Assembly (NCBI RefSeq): GCF_001017655.1
Contig: NZ_CP010904.1
Span: 1,080,001 to 1,112,000, forward strand
Origin: Kiritimatiella glycovorans
GTDB lineage: Bacteria; Verrucomicrobiota; Kiritimatiellia; Kiritimatiellales; Kiritimatiellaceae
Length of the DNA: 32,000 nt
Direction: 5' to 3'
Under the pieces are notes generated by a model. The model made no database searches. It saw nothing but the letters and a program-made list of their open reading frames with translations, and was not told the origin of the DNA. Below, in pieces: positions 8,092 through 16,759 of the stretch. Both the position numbers and the translations under genes were made by a program. Every line of letters starts with the position of its first letter. Within the stretch, counting starts at the first letter, position 1.

Positions 8092-8378
8092 TTGGGGCGA
8101 GTGCCCCGATCGCCTGAAAAGCGATTTCCTATCAAAGTGGAGCCTCTGACGTCACAGGAAATCATCGACCTGACCGACCGCATGTCGGCGGACGGTCGGC
8201 TCGAATGGGACGCGCCGGCGGGTCGGCGGCGACGACATCTATTTCGTCTCCCATCCCGACCACGAAGCGGCCGAGCGAACCTGCACCTTCCGCGTAGCCG
8301 GTAAGACCGCCGAGCTGTGGGACCCCGAAACCGGCGCCATCTACGCGCTGCCGCAGGCGCGCGAAGTCGGCGGAACTT
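8092..8378 (+). pseudogene. Degraded glycoside-hydrolase gene fragments (GH106-like alpha-L-rhamnosidase is suspected)
   Basis: Two frames read IKVEPLTSQEIIDLTDRMSADGRLEWDAPAG and DDIYFVSHPDHEAAERTCTFRVAGKTAELWDPETGAIYALPQAREVGG. From memory these resemble a mid-region and a C-terminal region of GH106-type enzymes, which are normally hundreds of residues apart. The fragment is cut off at about 8380 by the IS4 fragment. Confidence 0.35.
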
Positions 8379-8380
8379 CA

Positions 8381-8741
8381 CGCCGCCGAACCCCGGTCGC
8401 AACCTCTCGAAGTACTCGAGCACCGACCAGAAAAGCTCCTCGGCCATTTTCGGATCGCGGGTCCTGTTCGCGTGCGAGAGCCCGTTGCGGCTCGGCGGCT
8501 TTGCGCCACGGATACTGGCCATCGGCGCCCGATGGGCGCGCAGCGCGTCCACCACGTCGTTCAGACCGATCGCGTGGGTGAACTGCGCATAGAGCATGCT
8601 CACCAGATGGCTCCAGGGCGTGATGCCCCTCGACTTGATCCGATGCTTGCGCGCAAGTTTCGGCACAAGGTGCGGCGGAATGAGTTCACAGACCTGACGA
8701 AAAATGGCACGCTTACTCCCGGCTCGACTGGCTGGCATCAC
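8381..8741 (-). pseudogene. N-terminal ~120 codons of an IS4-family transposase (DUF4372-type N-terminus), truncated
   Basis: IFRQVCELIPPHLVPKLARKHRIKSRGITPWSHLVSMLYAQFTHAIGLNDVVDALRAH...GLSHANRTRDPKMAEELFWSVLEYFERL is a typical DUF4372 region. Beyond about 8380 the ORF becomes Arg-rich read-through antisense to the GH fragment, and no DDE domain follows. Confidence 0.65.
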
Positions 8742-8886
8742 GCAATCTCCTTTGGTTTGGACTCTGAAGAAGATTGTAGCCAGTCAGTCAGCCATTACAA
8801 TTTTCGTCCCTCGTGAGTGGGATGCTAGTGGAGGGATTTGAGCTTCTTTTAAGGGTATTTGTCGATTTTTATGGGAAAAGGCAAGG

Positions 8887-8910
8887 TAGGGACGGCTGTT
8901 TCAGCCGTCC
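8887..8910. repeat. Solo REP-like hairpin of the TAGGGACGG family
   Basis: taGGACGGCTGtttCAGCCGTCC forms a 9-bp perfect stem with a 3-nt loop. Confidence 0.8.
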
Positions 8911-8924
8911 GAACCATCGAAGAG

Positions 8925-9004
8925 GCCACAAAGAGGCACAAGGGGAACACAGAAGAGGGGAAAGGCAAGTAAGCCACAAAAAGGCACAAGGTACACAGAA
9001 GAGG
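8925..9004 (+). repeat. Two copies of a purine-rich 32-34 nt direct repeat
   Basis: gccacaaagaggcacaaggggaacacagaagagg (8925-8958) versus gccacaaaaaggcacaagg-tacacagaagagg (8973-9004). Confidence 0.7.
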
Positions 9005-9213
9005 TGAGGCGGAGAGCCACCAAGAAGCTCAATAATTCACTACCGGGGAGAAGAGGGCACGGGGGTATTTCGAGGATCGCTTCGTTGCGCACGAGCACGA
9101 CTCGGAGTACGGCTGTGAACCTCTTTTAAAACCAAGCCAACCCTGACCTTGCGGCATGGACCAAAACATTTTATCGGGTGGAAAGCTCATCAGAGATGGG
9201 AGAATGAAGACAC

Positions 9214-12058
9214 ATGAAAAAGACAGCCTGTACCATTGCAGAGCTCGGATTCATTTTTGCGGCAAGTGTTTTGGCGGCATCGAGTACGGTCCTGGCGGCT
9301 GCCGGTAACGCGATGGACGCGGCGCCTGGCCTCCATCCGGCCGCGTTGCGGTGCGAACACCTCGAAAATCCGCTCGGCATCGATGTGACGCGTCCGCGCT
9401 TCATTTGGGAACTCCAATCGCGGCAGCGCGGACAAAAGCAGACGGCCTTCCGCGTGCTGGTGGCCTCGTCGCCGGAAAAACTGGCGTCGAACGAGGCCGA
9501 TCTGTGGGACAGCGGCCGGGTGGAATCCAGTCGATCGATCCTGGTGCCCTATGCAGGGGAAACGCTCGGCCCGGATACGGATTGCCACTGGAAGGTGAAG
9601 GTGTGGGGCAAAAAGGGCGAGCCCTCGGAATGGAGCGAGCCCGCGCGGTTTTCGATCGGCTTGCTCGGCGAGGAGGACTGGCAGGGGGAGTGGATCGAAT
9701 TTCCCGCAGGCGATCCGAAGTTATCCTGCCCCCAGTACCGAAAAACGTTTTCCCTCGACCGCCCCGCCTCCCGGGCCTTCGTTTATGTCGCCTCGCTGGG
9801 CACCCACGAACTCTATATCAACGGCGAAAAGGCCGATGACCGGGTGCTTGCCCCGGCACACTCCTTTCTTGCAAGGCGCGTCCTCTATGTCGCCTATGAT
9901 GTCGCGGACCTGCTTCAGCGGGGGGAAAACGTGATCGCGGTCTGGCACGGCCCGGGGTTCGCCCCGTACGACGGGGCCACCCCGGCGATCCGCGTCCAGG
10001 CAAACATCGTCGCCGACGACGGGAGCAAAGTCTCCGTGGCGACCGACGCGTCGTGGAAATGCGCGGAAAGCGGCCATCGCATCTATTACAGAGACGAGAG
10101 ACCGCGGGCGCGCAGATACGGCGGCGAGGAGATCGACGCGCGCAAGTTGAGCCCGGACTGGAACACCGCCGGCTTCGACGACTCGGCCTGGGTGAGCGCC
10201 CTGCCCACAAGCCGGGATGTCGTTGTCTCCGCTCAGAACGCCCAACCCGACCGGATCATCAGGGCGTTTTCGCCGGTCAGCATCACCGGGGCGGGCGAGA
10301 AGAGTTACAAAGTCGATTTCGGAACGAACTTCACGGGGTTTATCGAGCTGCGAAACCTGCGGGGTGAGCCGGGGCAGGAGATTCTGATCCAGTCGTCGGA
10401 CGATCTGGTCAGGGGAGAGAAACACAATCAGGCCAGCCGCTACATCTGCGGCGAATCGCCCGGCACGTTCCGGCACCGTTTCAATTGGACCGCGGGCAGG
10501 AGCGTCCAGATCACCGGCTTCGATTATGAGCCGCAACCCGGGGACGTCCGGGGGCATGCCGTGGGCACGGACCTCGAACGCATCGGCCGGTTTGAATGTT
10601 CCAACGATCTGTTCAACCGGATGTATGAGAAGGATCTTTGGACGTTCCGCGCCAACACCCTCGCCGGTATGACGATGGACTGCCCCCACCGCGAGCGGCG
10701 GGGATACGGCGAAGTCGCCTGGTCCACTGCCCGGGGCATCGGCCTGCCCAACTATCGCGCGGGCGACTTCTATGCCCGCCGCGTCCGCGACTGGTGCGAC
10801 GCGCAGCGTGAGGACGGGCTTTTCCCGCATATTGCGCCCAACTCCGGGATGCATGGAGGGGGGGCTACTCTGGGCCGGCGCCCCCCTGCATCTCGGCTGG
10901 GAGATGCTCCGCCACCTCGGGGACCGCAGGGTGGTCGCTGAGGCCTACCCGAATTACCAAAAATGGCTCGAACTCCTCCACGCCAACGCATCCCGATCGG
11001 CGGACGGCGTCATCACCCAGGATCTCTACGAATCCAAATCGCATCACAGCCGCTGGTTTTTCATCGGGGACTGGCGCGCGCCAGGGGAACGGCGGGAGTG
11101 GCGCGATTCCCCCGAGGCGGCGCTGTTCAACAACTGCACCTATGCGCTGAATCTGAAAATGATGACCGATATCGCCGCCGCGCTGCGTCGCGACGACGAC
11201 GTCACTCTCTACTCCGGGCGGCTGGACCGGCTGAGAGAAGCCATCCACGCGAAATTCTTCAATGCGGAAAAGAACATCTACCTCGACACCCGGCGCCAGG
11301 TTCACCTTGCATTCCCGCTGCTTACGGGCGTCGTGCCCGAGGAACTGGAGCCCGCCATCCTGGCCAGCCTCAAGGAGGCCATGACCGAGCCGGTGGACAC
11401 CGCCGGGCTGCTGGCCAATAGCGAGGGGTGGAGCGGGGCCAACCCCAAACTGGAATGGACCCCCAGCCCGGAATGGACCCAACCCGCGCCCTTTCTGGAC
11501 GTGGGCAGCTCCGGGCTTCCGGTTCTCCTGCAGTATCTGATCGAGGACGCGGAGTGGAACGATGTCCTCTATGGGGCGATCAACAAAACCACGTTCCCGG
11601 GCTACGGGTTCTTTCTCGAACGGGGTCAGACCACCTGGCCGGAAAGCTGGGGGGCGGCATCCTACAGCAGAATCCACACCTGCTTCACCGGCATCGCGGC
11701 GTGGTTCATCAAGGGGATCGGCGGCATCCGCACCGCTCCCACCCATCACGGCTATTCGCACTTCATCATCAAACCGCACCTGGTCGGGGATCTGTCCTAT
11801 GCGAATACAAGCATCCCCTCGCCCTACGGTCCCATTGTGAGTAACTGGAAGTGTGGCGACGGGGAAGCGCAGCTCCATATCGAGATTCCGCCCAATACCA
11901 CCGCGACCGTCTATGTGCCCGGAAGCGACATCGAAAACGTCACCGAAAGCGGCGGCCCCGCCCGCGATGCGGAGGGCGTCCGCTTTCTCCGCGTCGAGGA
12001 CGATCGCCTCGTCTTTGAAGTGGAGTCCGGTACGTATGAGTTTGTGTCAAAGAACTGA
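9214..12058 (+). pseudogene. GH78 alpha-L-rhamnosidase interrupted by a single-base frameshift in a G7 tract (either a pseudogene or a homopolymer sequencing error)
   Basis: Signal peptide plus the Bac_rhamnosid_N signature LRCEHLENPLGIDVTRPRFIWEL...QTAFRVLVASS...LWDSGRVESS. The six-hairpin and C-terminal parts continue in ORF 10772..12058 (LLWAGAPLHLGWEMLRHLGDRRVV...IEIPPNTTATVYVPG). The two ORFs overlap and switch frame at GGGGGGG, 10858-10864. Confidence 0.85.
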
Positions 12059-12135
12059 CATCGCCCCCCGAGGCGTGGCATACTCCGCCACATGTTTCGG
12101 AGCGTGAGCGATAGAACGAGGGGAGCGACGGGGTC

Positions 12136-13710
12136 ATGAAACGATGGTTGACGGTTTGGATTCTGATGGGGTTTCTGACGTCCGCCCGGGCTGCGCGGGA
12201 ACGCCCGAATGTCGTCATCGTCTATGCCGATGACCTCGGGTACGGCGACGTGCACTGCTACGACCCGGAGCATTGCGCGGTGCCGACGCCTCATATCGAT
12301 CGCCTGGCGGGGCAGGGGATCCGGTTTACCGATGCCTCGAACAGTGCCTCGCTCTGTACGCCCGCGCGCTATTCGCTGCTGACCGGCCGCTATTCCTGGC
12401 GTTCACGTCTTCCGTTGCACGTCGTTCGCGTCTACGGCTCGCCGCTCATCCATCCGGACCGGCTGACCCTTGGGGAAATGCTCCAGAAAGAGGGTTATCA
12501 CACGGCCTGTATCGGTAAATGGCACCTCGGCTGGAACTGGCCGATGGTGCGGGACGACGGCACGCTCGAATACGTGCCGGACGACGAATTCCGGCAACAG
12601 CGCGAGGGGAAGGTCGATTACTCGAAGCCCATCCCCGGTGGGCCACTTGACCATGGGTTCGATACCTACTTCGGCATCGACGTGCCTAACCAGCCGCCTT
12701 ACGCCTATTTTCGTGACGACAAGCTGACGAGTCTGCCCACGGCGCTCAAAGGCCCGCATACCCCAGAGCGCTGGGGCCGTAACGGTCCCATGCAGCCGGA
12801 CTACGTATTCGATGAAGTCATGCCGAATCTGGTGCGCGAGGCAGAGACGTACCTCGCCGCCCGCGCGAAGGACGACCAGCCATTCCTTCTCTACTTTGCG
12901 CTCACCACCCCGCACGAACCGATCGCCCCTTCGGCGGAGTTCAAGGGCAGGAGCGGGATCAGCGGGGTGGCCGATCTGATTATGGAGACCGATGCCGCGC
13001 TCGGCCGCGTCATGGCCGCGCTGGACGAGCACGGTCTGGCCGACGACACGCTGCTGGTGTTCGCCTCCGATAACGGCCACTGCAGTTACACGCCGATCCA
13101 GCCGTTTATCGACGCGGGCCATCGCATCGGCGGTCCCTACCGCGGCTACAAGGGGTTCGTACAGGAGGGGGGCATGCGGGTGCCGTTCATCGTCCGCTGG
13201 CCGGGCCGGATCCGGCCCGGCATGGTCAGCGACGCGCTGGTCACTACGGTGGATTTGATGGCGACCTGCGCCGAGATCACCGGATACGATCTTCCCCCGG
13301 ACGCCGCCGAGGATAGCGTGAGCCTCCTGCCGCTGCTGACCGGGCGCGTCGATGCCGTGCGCGAAACGACCATCACGCATTCGTATCTCGCCGACTGCCT
13401 GGTGGTCCGGCGCGGTCCGTGGAAACTCGCGTTTGCGTATGGAAGCGGCGCACCCGCCATCATCAAGGTCAGGGAGGAGAGCGTGGATAAGGTCGCGCCG
13501 TCTGAGTCCGAGGCCAGAAAGCAGGGTCTGCCTCCCGTTCAGCTCTATAACGTCGCAACCGATCCCGAGGAACGCAATAACGTCCATGATCAGTATCCCG
13601 AAAAAGTTCGGGAACTGACGCTTTTCGCCCGCCGGCAGCTCGAGCGCGGTCGCAGTACGCCGGGGGCGGAACAGGAGAACGATCGCGCGCTCTCACTCGA
13701 TCTCCCGTAG
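12136..13710 (+). CDS. Secreted formylglycine-dependent sulfatase (S1 family, arylsulfatase A-like)
   Basis: Signal peptide, then RPNVVIVYADDLGYGDV and the C-x-P-x-R signature in SLCTPARYSLLTGRY, plus GKWHLG and FASDNG motifs. Confidence 0.92.
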   Translation: MKRWLTVWILMGFLTSARAARERPNVVIVYADDLGYGDVHCYDPEHCAVPTPHIDRLAGQGIRFTDASNSASLCTPARYSLLTGRYSWRSRLPLHVVRVYGSPLIHPDRLTLGEMLQKEGYHTACIGKWHLGWNWPMVRDDGTLEYVPDDEFRQQREGKVDYSKPIPGGPLDHGFDTYFGIDVPNQPPYAYFRDDKLTSLPTALKGPHTPERWGRNGPMQPDYVFDEVMPNLVREAETYLAARAKDDQPFLLYFALTTPHEPIAPSAEFKGRSGISGVADLIMETDAALGRVMAALDEHGLADDTLLVFASDNGHCSYTPIQPFIDAGHRIGGPYRGYKGFVQEGGMRVPFIVRWPGRIRPGMVSDALVTTVDLMATCAEITGYDLPPDAAEDSVSLLPLLTGRVDAVRETTITHSYLADCLVVRRGPWKLAFAYGSGAPAIIKVREESVDKVAPSESEARKQGLPPVQLYNVATDPEERNNVHDQYPEKVRELTLFARRQLERGRSTPGAEQENDRALSLDLP

Positions 13711-13789
13711 GCTCGCCGGGGCGGGATCGGGGTCGAACTCAAACGGAATAGACGGCCGCAGGGGCCGCGATAAACGAAAGGAGGGGCTC

Positions 13790-14827
13790 ATGTTGTTCTC
13801 AGGCGTCGTGATGCTGGTGCTCGGCGGGATATCTGCCGGCAGTTTTTATATACCGCTCAAAAAAGTGAACGGGTGGTCGTGGGAGTCCGGCTGGATTTCG
13901 TTCGGCCTGTTCGCCTGGATTATCGGACCCCTGGCGGTGGCCGCGCTGACGGCGCCGGAGTTCGGCGGGATGATCGCCGCGTCGGGCAGCCGCACCGTGT
14001 TCATGACCTGGTTTATGGGGTTCCTCTGGGGGATCGGGGCGGTGACCTTCGGACTCTCCATGCGCTACCTCGGCATGTCGCTGGGGTATGCCCTGGCCCT
14101 GGGGTCCTGTGCCGCGTTCGGTACGTTGATTCCTCCGATCGTCAAAGGTCAGTTCATGGGGTTGCTCTCGACCACGTCGGGCCAGCTTACGCTTTCGGGC
14201 GTATTGGTCTGTCTGGTCGGCGTGGCGGTTTGCGGCTATGCAGGCGTACGCAAAGAGCGCGAGGTTTCCACCGACCTGAAACAGGCCTCGACCGCCGAGT
14301 TCAACTTTCCCAAGGGCATCGTCGTCGCCCTCGTGTCCGGGCTCATGAACGCCTGTCTGGCCTTCAGTTTCGAGTTCGGCCGGCCGATCGCCGAAGAGGC
14401 CCTGTCCGCAGGGGTCGCCCCCCTGTGGCAGAATAATCCCGTGCTCGTGGTGGCGTTGATGGGAGGATTTACCACCAATGTGATCTATTGCCTTTTCCTG
14501 AACGTGAAAAACAGGACCGGCGGAGATTATTTCCGAGCACGGGCGCCCCTGTTGAAAAACTACGCGCTGGCCGCGGTCGCCGGGTGGCTTTGGTATGTGC
14601 AATTCATGCTCTACGGAATGGGCTCGACCCGGCTGGGCGAATACGCGTTCGCAAGCTGGTCGGTGCTGATGGCCGTGGTGGTGGCGGTCAGCAATATCTG
14701 GGGGCTCTGGTTTAAGGAGTGGCAGGGCGTAAGCCGCCGGACCATAGGGGTGATCGTGACCGGCATTCTGTTGGTGCTTCTGTCGATTGTGCTGATCGGG
14801 GCGGGCGGGTATGCCGCCCAGACGTAG
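13790..14827 (+). CDS. rhaT: L-rhamnose/H+ symporter RhaT
   Basis: 345 aa versus 344 aa in E. coli RhaT, and collinear with it: [18 protein letters not shown] vs [40 protein letters not shown] vs [33 protein letters not shown] vs WYLQFFFYAWG, KEW near the C-terminus. aaggagg RBS. Confidence 0.9.
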   Translation: [345 protein letters not shown]

Positions 14828-14845
14828 CCAAACGGGAGACGGAGC

Positions 14846-16759
14846 ATGCGCGGGGGCGGCCTGATAAGACGATGCTTTGTAGTGTGGGCGTTGACGGTCG
14901 GGGCCGTCCCGGCGATGCAGGAAGCGGACGTGACCGCGTTCGGCGCCGTGCCCGGCGACGGGGCGGACGATACCGCCGCCTTTCAACAGGCACTGGATTA
15001 TCTGATCGCGGATGGCGGCGGCTATCTGGAGATCCCCGCCGGTGACTACCACCTGGGCACCTGTTTGTTTGTGCGGGTGCCCAATGCGCAGGTGAGCGAG
15101 GGCTATATCCGGCTCTATATTCGCGGGGCGGGGCGGCATGCCACCCGGCTGATCGGCGGCGATACATCGGGGCTGCTGTTCTTCGAGACGACCATCAACG
15201 GCATGAACCTCACCCTGCGCGATTTTACCCTGCAGGCCGATGCCCCCGACCGCGGTCCCGCGATTTCGATTATCAATCCCGATCTGGGCGTGCGTGCGGA
15301 ACGGGCCCTCATCCTCGAACGAATCACGATCGGGCGTACGGCGCCGATGAACAGCTTTAGCAAGGGGGTGCGCGCGCACGGGCAGTGGAGGGCCCTCTTT
15401 CGTCAAGTCCAGATCGTGGGGGCCGACCGCCGAACGGAGGGGCACGACGAGGAGTCCGTGCTGTTCGATGACTGTTTTTACATCGACAATTCGGTGCGTA
15501 TGCCGAACGAGTCCGTCCACAAGACGGGCGTCGGGTCTTCGACGAACGGCCTCACGGCGGATCCCTGGCGATTCTATGCCGCGCGGGATCCCGCCGATGC
15601 GGAGACACCGCGCTTTTTTACCCCGGGGTATGCCCGGCCCGGCGGGGGATATCCTGCCGAAGGAGTCCTCTATTATGGCAACCACCCTGGACTCGATGCC
15701 CTGGTGTCGGTCGATTTCGACGAGTTTGAGGGGTATGACGCGCTCACGCTGTCCGCGGAATTGAGCGCCTATGATACAGGCGGCATGGGCATCGGTTTCG
15801 GCGCGGACCCGGAACTGGCCTTCGGCGAAGATGAGAGTGCGCTCTGGATCGAATCCGCCGGCGCGAACACCATCGCGACCAATGTGGATGTGCGGCTCTG
15901 CCTGCGCCACGGCGGAACGAACCTCGTGCTCGAAACCCTGACGGCCCGCGACGCCCCCAATGCGGCCGGCGATGAGGTGACGCTCGTCTATGATCGCGCG
16001 AACAATACCGTCACGGGATCGTGGGATGACGGCAGCAACGGCCCCGCCTCGTTCGAGCTCCATGAACTCGACGCGCTCGGGTTCACCCCGCTCTTCCGGC
16101 GCGTAAAGTTCGAAGTGCTCGATGAACAGGGCGGGCACGGCAATTTCCCGCGCATCGGCCATGTCCGGCTCACCGGGCGCGGGGCCGTATGGCGCATGAC
16201 CCGGGGGATCGATCAGGACGGTTTTTACGGCGGCCGCATGGCTTATTGCTCGGTGCGCAATGCCGATACCGCCTACGACTGGTCGACCGACGGCACCGGG
16301 GAGGGGGGGCTGTTACACGATTCGCTCGCCGACGGATGTCGCGTCGGCATGATCATCGCCACGCCGGGTCAGGAGCCGGGCGTCCACGTCAGTGACAATG
16401 TCCTTCGCGCGGAGGAAGCCGGCGTCGTGATCCTGAGGAAACGGGTGGGGAAGGTCATGAGAAACCGGATCGAACCGCTCGCGGCGCGGGGCGAGGGGTT
16501 CTTCCGCGATATTGAGCTGTTTAATTGCCAGGCGATGCAGGTGGGCGGCAATACGTTCAGTGGCTCAACGAGCAACCGGGTTCACCTGATCGTGGACGGC
16601 CATGGGAGCGCGCCGATTCCCCATAACGCGATCCGGTCCGAGCAGATCGATTTCTACGATAATGTGCTCGCGCTGCCGATCCGGGACGCCGTGTTGTTCC
16701 GCGGACCGAAGATCTACGAGGTCCATCTGCGTGGGAACACCGGGGGAGGTGCCCCGTGA
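14846..16759 (+). CDS. Secreted right-handed parallel beta-helix protein (pectate-lyase-superfamily N-terminus) with a ~200-aa inserted beta-sandwich-like module; function unknown
   Basis: Signal peptide, then DVTAFGAVPGDGADDTAAFQQALDYLIADGGGYLEIPAGDYHL, the Pectate_lyase_3-type opening motif. Beta-helix-like repeats resume after about aa 440, and the middle segment has a different character. Confidence 0.75.
   Translation: MRGGGLIRRCFVVWALTVGAVPAMQEADVTAFGAVPGDGADDTAAFQQALDYLIADGGGYLEIPAGDYHLGTCLFVRVPNAQVSEGYIRLYIRGAGRHATRLIGGDTSGLLFFETTINGMNLTLRDFTLQADAPDRGPAISIINPDLGVRAERALILERITIGRTAPMNSFSKGVRAHGQWRALFRQVQIVGADRRTEGHDEESVLFDDCFYIDNSVRMPNESVHKTGVGSSTNGLTADPWRFYAARDPADAETPRFFTPGYARPGGGYPAEGVLYYGNHPGLDALVSVDFDEFEGYDALTLSAELSAYDTGGMGIGFGADPELAFGEDESALWIESAGANTIATNVDVRLCLRHGGTNLVLETLTARDAPNAAGDEVTLVYDRANNTVTGSWDDGSNGPASFELHELDALGFTPLFRRVKFEVLDEQGGHGNFPRIGHVRLTGRGAVWRMTRGIDQDGFYGGRMAYCSVRNADTAYDWSTDGTGEGGLLHDSLADGCRVGMIIATPGQEPGVHVSDNVLRAEEAGVVILRKRVGKVMRNRIEPLAARGEGFFRDIELFNCQAMQVGGNTFSGSTSNRVHLIVDGHGSAPIPHNAIRSEQIDFYDNVLALPIRDAVLFRGPKIYEVHLRGNTGGGAP

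Noticed and set aside
8058-8380. C-terminal ~107 codons of ORF 8058..8741.
   Set aside because: The Arg-rich nonsense translation (RRLRAPAAARRWRRFRG...) is antisense to the GH-fragment frames. Transposase homology ends near 8380, so only the N-terminal part is annotated, and as a pseudogene fragment.
13799-16162. 787-aa ORF on the minus strand, the longest of many long antisense ORFs. Others include 9721..10854, 10865..11878, 12403..13587, 16714..17622, 18659..19555, 21250..22713, 22686..24176, 24330..25646, 26256..27140 and 27195..28421.
   Set aside because: All lie antisense to genes with strong, recognisable family signatures (RhaT, sulfatases, GH78, GH127, FAD oxidase and others). They have Arg/Gly/Pro/His-rich, low-complexity translations with no recognisable motifs. 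This is the typical stop-codon-poor shadow frame of high-GC DNA.
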